This document shows, piece by piece, positions 11,215-23,139 of a stretch of 64,000 bases of DNA (the first letter of the stretch is position 1; the number at the start of each line of letters is the position of its first letter). The DNA is from Thalia democratica. Lineage: Eukaryota. The stretch is from assembly GCA_965202585.1 (NCBI GenBank), contig OZ241832.1, forward strand, positions 31,000,001 through 31,064,000, written 5' to 3'. The position numbers and the translations under genes are program-made. The notes beneath the pieces were generated by a model that saw only the letters and a program-made list of their open reading frames with translations, did not search any database and was not told where the DNA came from.

Positions 11215-11649
11215 CATTTATTTGAACATCAAAAACTATTAAAAAAGGCAACTAGTAACAAACAGTAATAAACAGTAAATATACTGTTTATTAAACATCT
11301 TTTTTTTAAACAACTCTAACAATTATAATAGATATTTTGATTTTAATTACAAGTAGTTAATTATTAATTTAATATATATTCTTATAGTATATTCCTGTTA
11401 GATTTTATTTTAGTGTAAACATTTTGACCACACTAAAGTATTTTCCAAAGCATAATGTTCTTTGATAATAAGTGTTTGATATTTTGTTTAGAATAAAATA
11501 TAACCACTTTAAGTTATTTCTAGTTTTTATTAATAGTATGGTATACCTTAACAACTATTTCTTATAAATAAAATTTAAATTTAATTATAGTTTAGTGTGG
11601 TTTTACAATACACTATAAGTTTTCAATATATTTTTTATTAGTTTTATTT

Positions 11650-11660
11650 TTTACAGGTTA
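11650..11660 (+). promoter_or_regulatory. Splice (or trans-splice) acceptor about 27-29 nt upstream of the small-ORF ATG
   Basis: Pyrimidine tract + AG|GT conserved in all four copies: ttttacag|gttat (about 11658 and 32203), ttttaaag|gttat (about 17054), ttttccag|gctat (about 46951). Confidence 0.6.
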
Positions 11661-11685
11661 TTTAAACATTTATAAAAGATAAACT

Positions 11686-11868
11686 ATGTCAACACACCAT
11701 AGTCAATTTGAAAATACTACAAAGAAAATAAAACTAGATGGAGTTGATGAAAATGTAAGTAGCATTGCAGAATACAAAAGGCTTGCTATTCTGAAGTATT
11801 GCAAGGAAAATGGGGTTAAAAAAAATCAGTTAGATGTATTATCCATTTCAAAAGAATTTTATAAATAA
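11686..11868 (+). CDS. Conserved small ORF upstream of Kelch (60 aa); either a micro-protein or the first coding exon of the Kelch gene
   Basis: Four paralogs keep the frame and the core VSSIAEYKR.AIL.YC.ENG..K.QL..L.IS, with many synonymous differences. No family recognised. Confidence 0.7.
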   Translation: MSTHHSQFENTTKKIKLDGVDENVSSIAEYKRLAILKYCKENGVKKNQLDVLSISKEFYK

Positions 11869-12772
11869 GGTTTTTTTTGTTTTTATTTATATTGATAATA
11901 ATATTTATCTTTGAATTCTATGAAAGTTTTCTCTACGTTCGTGATATGATAAACTATAGTAGTACTCATTACTAGCTATTTTATGCACAAATCTTTCTTA
12001 TTTTTATTCAATGTGTCTTAGAAAACAAAGGTAACTCATAAACCTTAGTTTAATAAACTTAAATGTTATTTTTATTTTTATTTATGAATTTAACCGTATG
12101 AGGTAAATAGTTAAACTATGATGCTTAAATTTAAAACAACGGCAAGTCATCAATCAATGAAGCTTATATCTTATAAATTAAAGGGCTGTTAATCATAATT
12201 TAATCTAAGGAATAAAACTTTGTTGTTATTTAAAAATGTGATATGGAAATTTTATGTGTTATTGAAACATTCCTAGTCTGCTTTAGAGTAATACGTTCAA
12301 TTGAATTAGTAGTATTTTAATAGTAATTTCGCGCATTGAGTGCTTAATTCTTAAGCCTTCTCCTGAATTCATCTAACTTATTATCACTAAACTTAATTCT
12401 ACTTAATATATGTGAAACTTAAAAAAGTTAGTTTATTTTAATTGACAAAGCAGCTTATCTATTATTAGAACAAAACTGCGAAAATGAATACAAAAAAGTA
12501 ATTCAAATTTTCTGCAAACTAATAAAATCTTATTTAGTGTTTTTATTCAGAATCTTATTAAAAGTTTTATAAACAGAACTTTAACATATATTGTTTAAAT
12601 TTCATAATTTGAATTGAAAACATTCATCTAGCGCCTCAGATGGTAATTTTAAAAACATCAAAATGTATATAGCTTGTTACAATAAAATAAAAATATTTTT
12701 TTTAGAATCAGTTTGTTTTTTCTGTTTAGAGCGTTTGATTTGTTATGTAACCAATAACAAAACTATTTAGGT

Positions 12773-14179
12773 ATGAAGAACCGAAAAATGACTGAAATAA
12801 TAACAGCTACAAGATTTAACAAACTTTCCCTAAACGAAAATGCAGTTAGTACAATTTCTGCAGTCTTAGAAGAAAAATTACAAATCAAAAATGCTGCTTC
12901 TGTTTACCAGTTTGTTAATCTGTTCAATTTATCTAGGCTCAAAAATTCAACCCTTAGATATATAGAACGTTGTTTTACAATTGTAAGTGATAATGAAAGC
13001 TTTTCAGAACTAGAATATAAGTTTATTTCTAAAATACTTGCAAGTTCTGAACTTCTAATTACTTCAGAAATTGAAGTACTTAAGGTAGTTGTAAGATGGC
13101 TAAACCACGACATTGAAAAACGTAGCAAGTACGCTGAAAATCTTTTATTGAAAGTTCGTCTTCATTTGCTTTCAAATGAAACTTTAAAACATCTTTTGAA
13201 TAGTTCAACATATTTAAAAAAAGGTGATTGTTTTGTAAAAACTTTAAATGAAATGCTAGACTGCAGAGAAAAAAAAATATTTGAAACTCCGAGTATTTAT
13301 CATGCAAGTAGGTATTGTAACCAAAAGTGTTTTAGATTAATGGTTTTAGGGGGCTATAATTTAGAAACAGCAATAAATTGTCGCAATGTAAGTTGTTTTG
13401 ATGTTGATAAGGTAGAAGTTGTAGAAGCTTATCCATCAATGATAACGGAACGCACTTTTCTAAAAGTAGTTTATTTAAAAGGTGAAATTTATGTATTTGG
13501 TGGTTATAATAAAAATAGTGATTGGATAAAGTCTGTAGATAAATATTCACTTACTTCTAAAACATGGAGTCAGGTAGCTGATATGAATGATTATCGTAAA
13601 TTTTTTTGTGTATGTGCATTCATAGATAAAATATATATGTTTGGAGGTAAAAAAGATGGAGCCAGAACTAATTCTTCTTTACAATTTGATGCAAGTGATA
13701 GCGGTTGTTGGAAAGAAGTTGCTACAATGAATGGGTCAAGATCATGTGCAGCTTGTGCAATTTTTGAAGAAAGAATTGTAGTTTCCGGTGGATTTAGTGA
13801 TAATGGAAATTTTTTAAACTCTGTTGAATCATACGATGTTCTACCAAATAAATGGTCAACAATGCCAAATATGAACTCCAGTAAATATGACCACAGTTTA
13901 GCTGTTGTTAAGAACAAGTTGTTTGTAATTTCAAAGAGAGAAGACAACAGTGAAGTTTTTGACAACATTTGTAAAAAGTTTATCACTATTAAATCACCAG
14001 GGTTTGACACGTTTTCTGATATAGGAGCTTATTCTATTCAAAAGAAAATTTTTGCCTTTCGAGACAAATCTTCAAAATTAATTTTTTATGATACTAACGA
14101 AAGTGAATGGTTGGAAGAATCTTGTGAAATAACAAAAAACCTTCGACGGTTTTCTAGCGTGAAAATACCTTGTTTATAA
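12773..14179 (+). CDS. Kelch-like protein copy 2 (BACK + six Kelch blades), 468 aa, intact
   Basis: Uninterrupted ORF with the same domain signatures as copy 1. Confidence 0.92.
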   Translation: MKNRKMTEIITATRFNKLSLNENAVSTISAVLEEKLQIKNAASVYQFVNLFNLSRLKNSTLRYIERCFTIVSDNESFSELEYKFISKILASSELLITSEIEVLKVVVRWLNHDIEKRSKYAENLLLKVRLHLLSNETLKHLLNSSTYLKKGDCFVKTLNEMLDCREKKIFETPSIYHASRYCNQKCFRLMVLGGYNLETAINCRNVSCFDVDKVEVVEAYPSMITERTFLKVVYLKGEIYVFGGYNKNSDWIKSVDKYSLTSKTWSQVADMNDYRKFFCVCAFIDKIYMFGGKKDGARTNSSLQFDASDSGCWKEVATMNGSRSCAACAIFEERIVVSGGFSDNGNFLNSVESYDVLPNKWSTMPNMNSSKYDHSLAVVKNKLFVISKREDNSEVFDNICKKFITIKSPGFDTFSDIGAYSIQKKIFAFRDKSSKLIFYDTNESEWLEESCEITKNLRRFSSVKIPCL

Positions 14180-17083
14180 AGAATATTTAGCATATTAGAA
14201 AATCTAAGATTTAAAATTTTAAACGATATTGTTTTGATAATTAACAAACTAACCACTTTGCATATAAATAAACATATATTTATTTTAAATTTTACTCTTT
14301 AATTATACATAACATATTGTATATTTTGACACTTTTATTATAGTTCTTGTAAAGGTTGATTAGTTTCAGTCGGTAGTTTTTTATCACACTTTTTCTAATT
14401 ATCATTCCTGCGTTTTTTTTAGCGTGAAGTTTTAATAGTTTAAAATTTAGATTAGATTTTTGCTCACTTATAAAAAATTTTACTACTTGCTGTTTTTTTT
14501 TCATTATGTCGTGTAATTCAGAGATTAAAAATAGACAAATATACATATAGACAAAAAAGTTCTTTTATTTTGGTAGTTTTTATAAAAGATGTTACAGTTT
14601 TTAAATAAAATTAATCTTAAATATAAAGGAAAATATTACATTCGCTTATAGAAAATTGTCATTTTTGCACGTCTTAATTTATGCACAAGTGCCTTTTTGT
14701 ATACGACGTAATTTGTTCATGAGTGGCAAATCTGCACATTTTAAAATTTTTACATAGATTTTTGCACGGCATAAATTTTGTTGAACTAAAAAAAACTAGC
14801 AAAAGTATTTAAATAAAATAAATTTAGTAAAGGTTTTGTTATCTGAATAAAATTTAGTAAAACTAATAAAAAAACTAAACTAAATCTAACTAAGAAAAAT
14901 AATGGAGAATTACAATAAACTTGAAAGAAATTAAGCAGTACAGAGCTTTTATAAAACTTATTAAAAATCCTATGATAATTATTTTAAAGTTAAAATCTGA
15001 CAGAAATTCAGTTCAAAGACAAAATCAAAATAAAAAAACGATGTTTACACATTAGTAAAGCAGTAATTTATTGAATATTTGAATGGTCTTTAGAGACCTT
15101 CTTTTTTTTAACACTAGTATGAACATTTACAATGTGTTATTAAACTTCATGAAACGCCTTTTAACAAAGACATGTGTAATTTTTATAAGTTTCAAAGTAA
15201 ACTATATTAACAGAGGTGTTTAAACAATCATGAGTGAATTTTAAAGAAAATGTAAATTTAAAAATTTATAAAACCCAATATAAAATATATGTAAATGTTT
15301 TGTACTTAATTTTTATACTTAAACTTCGGTTTTAATTGAGTAATTATATTAATCCTAGTGCTCACTTTACTGACAAAATATAAACTGTTTGTTTCGATTT
15401 TATTCTAGAGGATTAAACGCAGTTTGTTTAAAACATACCTACTAAATGTAATATTAATTTTAAAAAATTAATTACAAAATAAACACTTAGAATTAAATTT
15501 TTACATTAAGTAATTACCGTAAAAATTCGACTTTCAGTTGTCAGATTTGAAATTAGCAAATGGGCTAATATTGCTTAAGCATAGAATTAAGTTGAATATT
15601 TAAAAGTTTCTTTACTATTCAGATTTCTTAGTTTCTAAATTTCGGCAATCCTATTCAATCTGCGTAGATAAACTAAGAATTGGAAGGATAAGACCTCGAG
15701 TTAACCAACGGGGGCCGAGTTTTTACTAGTATCCTTCAGCAGCCATAAAAGAAAAAGGAATAAAAATAATCCTAAATAGTTCACGAAATGCTGTTTAAAT
15801 TGAATTTTTACATATGTTAATAGGTTTGACTGTTAATTTTTAGCCAAATTTTAAACAATGTATGTTGACTATTTAAGATTAAAGATTAAAATAGTTACAG
15901 AATTTTCTTGTGTATAACTAGCTGTCAGCTTAAAAAGGTTCAAAATCAAATTGTGACATCATAATGAATTCAAGCTTTGAAAGGGCTTATTTTCAAAGGA
16001 TATTTTATACTAAGTTACAAAATTTTTCAGGTTAAAGTAATTTAATTAAAATTATTTTCTTCTTATTTTAATTTAAACATTGCTAGAAAGCATGAGTTAT
16101 AAATAAAATAATTGAAGACGTTATAATTAATTATTAATAGTAAATGTATGTCTTAACAAGACACTAATAAAATAGTTTTTTAAGTAGTCTAGATAAAAGA
16201 TACAAGCATTTTGTTGTAAGAAGTTTTTAAACTGCTATGAAAACTAGTGGTGCTATAAAAATTAAAAACTATGCTGTAGAAAAAAAAAAGCATAGAAAAA
16301 AATTTGCAAATTCAGTTTTTAGTAGTCATTCCTTATCAAGTGCTAGTAATTCTTCATTCAAAAACATACTTTATATTAGAAATTAAAAAGTATAATGAAA
16401 TTTCACTGATGTATTTTGATTTGCTTTAAACGTTATAGTGTTTAGAGTTATTTGAGAGAAGCAAAGTATTAAAAAAAAATACATGCCGTTATACTTAATA
16501 TTATGCTAGTAATACTGAGTATTGTAAGACATTAGAATTAAAAGAGAACCTAAACTCTGAAGGTACAACTAAATTTTTCTCATAATAGTTTGTTACACAA
16601 TTTTAATAAGTTATCAAAGTTTATTACCCATTTCGAAGCGTTCTGTTTAAATTTTTAAATGTTAAACAGACTACTGTAAATATAAAATCATATATCAATA
16701 TAGCAGTCTAAACTGTTTAAAATACAACAATAAAATGGAATTTTACTAACAAAAGTTATTAAAGTACAAACTTATAAAAAACAGATGTAGTTACAATAAG
16801 ACTTAAAGATTAAAAATTTAAGTTTGAAAAGATGAAAAAGAAGCTTATTATAAAGTTGATTATGTACATTCAATAAATGAATTAAACTTAAAAAATATTA
16901 TGCTATATAAAAATTGAAAACAAAAGTGAAAAAGTGAAAAATTAAAGTAAATGATACTTATAGTTTTAAAGAACAAGTACGGTATTTAACTAGCTGTATC
17001 TTCTAAAAAGTTTCTTTATCAAAGTACAATTTTTGTGAGTTTGTAATTTTAAAGGTTATATAAATCTTTATAAGAGATAAAGT

Positions 17084-17224
17084 ATGTCAACACAACAACA
17101 TGTAAGCAGTATTGCAGAATACAAAAGATGTGCTATTTTGAATTACTGCAAGGAAAATGGTATTAAAAAACATCAGCTACATGAATTGACGATTTCAAAT
17201 ATCCATAATAATTTAAGTATGTAA
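17084..17224 (+). CDS. Small-ORF paralog, 46 aa (not in the ORF track)
   Basis: My translation: MSTQQHVSSIAEYKRCAILNYCKENGIKKHQLHELTISNIHNNLSM*. It has an in-frame 51-nt (17-codon) deletion relative to the 60-aa copies and ends at a donor-like a|gtatgt (GT at 17217). Confidence 0.7.
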   Translation: MSTQQHVSSIAEYKRCAILNYCKENGIKKHQLHELTISNIHNNLSM

Positions 17225-17339
17225 TATTGTTTTTTTATATCGATAATAATATATTAATTTTTGAATTTTATAAAAGTTTTTTCTATGTTAGTGATAGCAC
17301 GGATTAGATAGTAATTTTTACTACTAATCTTATACACAA

Positions 17340-17690
17340 TGTTTGTTATGTTCATATGTTTAATCATTATATTTTAGTATAATATTCATAGGTTTTATGT
17401 TTTAGTTCATATGTTACTAAACAAGATTCATAGTACATTATCAAACACAAAATTCAGTTAATCTTCGTTTAGTTATATTTTCTTTCATTTTATTTTCGTT
17501 TAATTGACTGTTTATTACAAAAAATTTAAATATTTAAATGATAAAAAAACTATTGGTAATAGCTGGTAAGAAACTTTATAAGCATGCGGTGTACGACTCG
17601 ATAACCAAAAGGTTCCTTTACCAGGTCCTTAGACCAAACATTTTGAGCGCTTTTTTTATCGCTCAATAAACAATATATGACAAGTTAGTT
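17340..17690 (+). repeat. Dispersed ~350-bp repeat; inverted copy at about 20480-20800, further partial copy at about 37340-37450 (-); its end resembles part of block A
   Basis: tataagcatg(c/t)ggtgtacga(c/g)tc(g/a)ataa(c/a)caaaaggttccttt and tatgttactaaacaag match the reverse complement of 20480-20800. Confidence 0.8.
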
Positions 17691-17996
17691 AAAAACTATA
17701 ATTTAGGTAAACTTTAACTAAATTTATGATTGTTATTGGAATATTTGATTGTTTTGCGTATGAGTTAAACATTCATTTAAAGCATTAAGTTTAAACAATA
17801 GTAGGTCATCTACAAAAAGAAATGAACTATGATTTATAATTTACATTGAGAAAGAAAGCTTTGTTATTAGTTTGAAATATCATCTGAACAAACCTTTATA
17901 GTAAAAAACAAATTTAATTAAAAAAAAAATATTATTATATAAGACTACAGTTTAAAACGTTTAATTTTTGTATTAAAAGATTATAATCGTATAGGT

Positions 17997-19412
17997 ATGA
18001 ATAACGGGAAAATGATTGACAGAATTGCGGATACAAGATTTTTACATTTGATACAAAAAAAAAACTCTCAACGAAAAAGCAGTTAGTACAATTTGTAGAA
18101 TTTTAAATGAAAAAATAAAGATTAAAAATGCTGCTTCCGTTTACCAGTTTGTAAATCTGTTCAATTTATCGAGCCTCCAAAGTTCAACCCTTAGCTATAT
18201 AGAACGATGTTTTACAATTGTGAGAAATATTAAAAGATTTTTAGAACTAGAATATGACTCTATTTCTAAAATACTTAGAAGTTCTGAACTTTTAATTACT
18301 TCGGAAATTGAAGTATTTAAAGTAGTTTATAGATGGTTGAACCACAACATTGAAGAACGTAGCAAGTATGCTGAAGATCTTTTATTAAAAGTCCGTCTTC
18401 ATTTACTTTCAACAGAAACTATAAGACATCTTTTGAAAAATTCAACATTTCTTATAAAAGATGATGGTTGTGTGAAACTTATAAATAAAATTCTAGACTG
18501 CAGAGTAAACCGTTTTTATAAATCTTCAAATAATTGTCATACAAGTAGGTATTGTAACCAAAAATATTTTAACTTATTGTTTTGTGGGGGTTTTAACTCT
18601 CAAACATACATGACTTGTAACAATGTAAGTTGCATTGATGTATATAACGTGGGAGATGTAGAAGCTTATCCACCAATGAAAACGGAACGTGATAATCTAA
18701 GAGTAGTTTATGTAAAAGGTAGTATTTATGTTTTTGGTGGTTTTGATAATAATGGCAACTGGATAAAGTCTGTAGATAAATATTGACTTACTTCTAAAAT
18801 ATGGAGTCAGGTAGCTGAAATGAATGACGATCGTACAAATTTTTGTGTATGTGCATTCATAAATGAATTTATTATTATTGGAGGTAACAGAGGTGGCGTT
18901 ACAACTAGTTCTTGTTTAAATTTAATAAAAGTGATTACATTTGGAAAAAAGTCGACAAAATGAAAGAGGCAAGGTCAAGTGCAGCTTGTGCGGTTTTTGA
19001 AGAAAGAATTGTAGTTTCTGGTGGTAAGATTGATAATGTAAATGTTTTAAATTCTGTTGAATCATACGATGTTCTACCAAATAAATGGTCAACAATGCCA
19101 AATATGAACTCTGGTAAATTTAGACAGAGTTTAGTTGTTGTTAAAAACAAGTTGTATGTAATTCCAAGGAGAGGAGACAGTTGTGAAGTTTATGACAACA
19201 TTTGTAAAAAGTTTATTACTATTAAATCACCACAATTTAACAGGGGTTCTACCATTAGTGGTTTTTCTATAGAAAACAAAGTTTTTGCTACTCATGACAA
19301 CATGTCGAAAATAATTACTTACGAAACAAACGAAAATGAATGGTCGGTAGAATATTGTGAAGTCATAAAAAACCTTCGAAATTTTTCAAGCGTTAAAGTA
19401 CCTTGTTTATAA
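17997..19412 (+). pseudogene. Kelch-like copy 3, pseudogene
   Basis: Full-length homology, with a frameshift around the A-run at about 18055-18065, a nonsense TGA at 18784-18786 (TCA in paralogs) and a -1 frameshift at about 18915. Confidence 0.9.
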
Positions 19413-21619
19413 AGAAAATGTTAAGTACGTTTAAGTTTAGATTTAACAAAAATTTTTGAAAATTATCAAACTAATTGAGTGAAAAAAAATTTTATATAAA
19501 AGATTTAATTTTTACGCTTAAATATATTTTTTTTAAATAATTCTAGATTTAAATTATTTTATTTTACTTATTAAAAAAGGTCAATAGTTTAAGTCAATTC
19601 TTGTTTAGCACTATTTTTCTGACAAAGTTTTCTTCGATTTTTATTTGATTGAAAAACGGAGTTATTTAAATTTTTTTTGACTCATAAACAATTTTAGTTT
19701 GTTTTTCTTTTTATCGTTTAATGCAGAGCTTAAAATAAACAAATATATATACATACATATCTAAATGTAAGACAATTAATTTTTTGTCTATTAAGATAGT
19801 TTTCTTAAAAAATATTATACTTTTCAAAGCTACTTATTCTTGAATGGTTAAAAAAGATTATTTTAGCTCATATAAATGTGTAATTTTTGCATGACTATTG
19901 TGCATGTTTTCAAAAAAAATACTAATAATATTTATCTTATATAAGTTAACTAATGAACCTTTCTTTTTTTTTATATTAGCTACTTTTATTTTTCTACGTC
20001 TCCCCCTAACAGAATAATAAATAATTTTTTATTAGTTTTTTATAAATGTGTTAATGTCTTATGTACTATAAAAAACTCTTCTTGAAAGCGATCTTTTTGT
20101 TAGTAATTTTCTATAGATGTGCTAAGTTATTTCTTTTTTAAATGTACCAAGTTATCACTTTTTACATTAAACAAATTGTTTATACTTATTAATTAGTTAT
20201 TTATAATTTAAACTTTGTTTAGTTTCTGGTTTACGTTTATTTTAATCTTAATTTGTTGAATATAAATTTATTTTATTTTATTACCCTTCTTGTGTGTCTT
20301 GTTTTAGGGGCTCGGGTTTTGATGCCTGAGTCCGAAATTGTACAACAAACAATATAATAATAATATTTTGTATATGTTTTTATATCTATACTTGTTATCT
20401 TATCAGATTTTTATTTGCTAATAAATATTTAAAGAAAAGTAGTTTTACTTTATTTTTTTTTCGTTCTAGTATGTTTATGACATAAAAATTGTTTATTGAA
20501 TGATAAAAAAGCGTTCAATAAGTTTGGTCTACAGACATGTTGTACAAAGGAACCTTTTGTTTATTGACTCGTACACCACATGCTTATAATATTTCTTACG
20601 AACTATTAGATTTAACTATTTTATTAATTATATGTTTAAATCTTTACTAATAAAACAATCAGTTAAACAAAATGAAAGAAAAAATAATAATGCGAAAGTT
20701 AACTGAAAATTTTGTATAAAAATGTACTTAAAAGCTTGTTTAGTAACATAAGAACTAAGTAGATATACCTTTTCATAAACTTATTAAAGGATATAAACAA
20801 TACAAATAGCAAACGTTTGAACACTTGAATGATAGGTTACAACCTTTTCAAATAAAGTAAAAATTTAATACGCTAAAATATCTTTACGTTCAATTTTATC
20901 AGTGTTTTGTGCGAAAAGTTTTATTTTGTTTGTCAATTTCAAATGAACATTAAATACTATTTCTCATTCGAATAGATAATTAAGTTATTGCATAATTTTT
21001 TAATAACTTAAAAAAAGACAATTCTTCTATGACCGAACTTAACTTTTATTAATAAAAATAAAAAGACAAGTAATGTTAAATTTATGCTTCTAATAAAAAA
21101 ACAAAAAAATCATAATTATAATATTAACAACAATATATTTCCTTCTGTTTTAAAATATACTTTTTTATATTTCTAATACTTCTCTAAGTCAAAAATTTTA
21201 ATATTACAAGGGCAAAGTATTTGTAAACATAAAAAAGAAGTTTTTTTTTTTTGATTTTCTCATAAAAAGAGAATCTTCAACGTAAGTTTGCTTGAAGCAG
21301 GTATCACAGGGTACTTTTCAAATACTTAATTTTCATTTAAACTATATACATCTATAACTTTTTATTACGTTGGCATGCGAAATAAAACATAAAGTTTGTA
21401 AGTATTCTGAACTTAACTCAAAATAGTAATCTAAAAAAACAGTCTAAAAAAATACCAGGTAGAAAATGCTGCAATCTAGGCTATACAACTGTTACTTATT
21501 GTAAGCGAATAATTTAACTTTTAAACTAAAAATAAATAAGTAGATAAAAAATTTGCCTATCTATTGACAAATACTATTAACTCCTTAAAAAAACGTAAAT
21601 AGACAAGTTTTAATGATCA

Positions 21620-22760
21620 TAAATAACCTTGTTAATCACTTTATGTTAGATTACTTTTAAAATCATGCTGGAACTTTGCAAAACATAATGGTATCTCAGT
21701 CGATAACTTATTTTCTTGGTAGGAATGCGATTTATGACCTATTTTGCTGTTGAATCTAGGTAGGAAAAAAAAATTTTTGTGAACACCTGGTATAATAAAT
21801 ATAGACATTTTATACAATTTTATAGTAGGTTATAAATTTATCTCATAACAGATTATTGTTAAACTTAAACATAAACACATCTAAATCTTATAGATACAAA
21901 CTTTCAACATCTATTATTTTTTTCTGAGTTTTCAGTTCTCTTACACTATCATCATGTTTTTTATAAAGTATGCATCTGAGTGCTCTGTTTTTGAGAACAT
22001 TTATATCATTTATGAATTTTTTATTTGCTCTTCCCCAGCACAACAAGCCATATCTAACGTTGCTCATAAGCAACGAATTCAGAATCAAGTGTAACACTTT
22101 TTCGTTTAAGGAGTGTCTTGTTTTAAATAAGATACCTAATGTTTTTTGAAAATTTGTTTTTTATAGTTTCTATGTTTTCTATGACCATTTAAAGTTTTTA
22201 TCTATAATTATTCCGAAGTTTTCAACGCTATTTGTGTTTGTTATAATCTTTTACCTATTTTTATATTAAGATCTAAATTTAAAAATATTTTATTTTTTTT
22301 GATTGATATAGAATCAAGCTACTAGTTTTTTAAGATTTAGTTTAACTTTGTTTCCATAAGCCAATTTGATACCTTTTTTAGTACTGTGTAAAATTATTAC
22401 AGTAATTTTGGTGTATGTGTTCTGTGAATGTCTCCTATAACATTTTATCATCTACAAAATTGAGAACGTTAAGACTGGTATTGTTCTGTAAGTCGTTCTT
22501 ATGTATTAGGAATAACAACGGTCTTAATACTTAGCTTTGTGGTATCCCAACTTCACTTTTTTCACAGGTTGACTCTTACCTCTAAAGATAACGACTTCCA
22601 TCTAGATATGAGCTCAATCATAACATTGCATTTTCATAAGTAAGATATTTCTATTTACAATATCAAATGCTTTACAAATATTCAAACAAAATATTTCAGT
22701 CAAAGAAATTTAGGAAAGTGTTTGTTATTAGAATAAACTTTTGTAAAGTTCATAATCAAA
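21620..22760 (-). mobile_element. 5'-truncated, decayed CR1/L2-clade non-LTR retrotransposon (reverse transcriptase and C-terminal region)
   Basis: Minus-strand fragments: ICKAFDIVNRNILLMK (cf. LSKAFD.V.H.ILL.K), VGIPQS*VLRPLLFLIHKNDL (cf. GVPQGSVLGPLLF.IYINDL), LNFVDD (cf. FADD), and the ORF-track peptide NVRYGLLCWG...VLKNRALRCI. Confidence 0.9.
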
Positions 22761-23139
22761 ATAAACTAAAAATAGTTTTGAAAAAAAATTTGACCTTATT
22801 TACAACATTCTCCTGCAAACACTTATTAATTAGCCGGTAGAAGTTTTTTTTTGTCGTAGCTGTACATACTACTGTCTTGATCTTTTTTATTTTTTGTTTT
22901 AGTTTGTACTTTTTTGTTGTCACGACTTATTAATGACTTAACATATTTCTTATTACAGTAGATTACTTTACACTTTTTGTTCTGTTAAAATTCTTTTTCG
23001 TGCTGTCGTTTCGAAACTGTTTCTCAATTTGGTCCAAGAAGTATTCTTCTATATTAGTTTTTATTTATTGACAGTAGAGGAGATTAAAGAACACAATCTT
23101 TCTTGTTCGTTTTCGTTTCTTTTATCTGTAGGGTTGGGT

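Larger units (their letters stand above)
4890..16705 (+). repeat. Segmental duplication, copy 1 (copy 2 at about 25445-37230)
   Basis: Colinear homology with a near-constant offset of about 20.5 kb: small ORF 11686/32233, Kelch 12773/33318, all three MITEs at the same sites, and a shared end at cagactac(t/a)gtaaatataaaatca. Confidence 0.95.
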
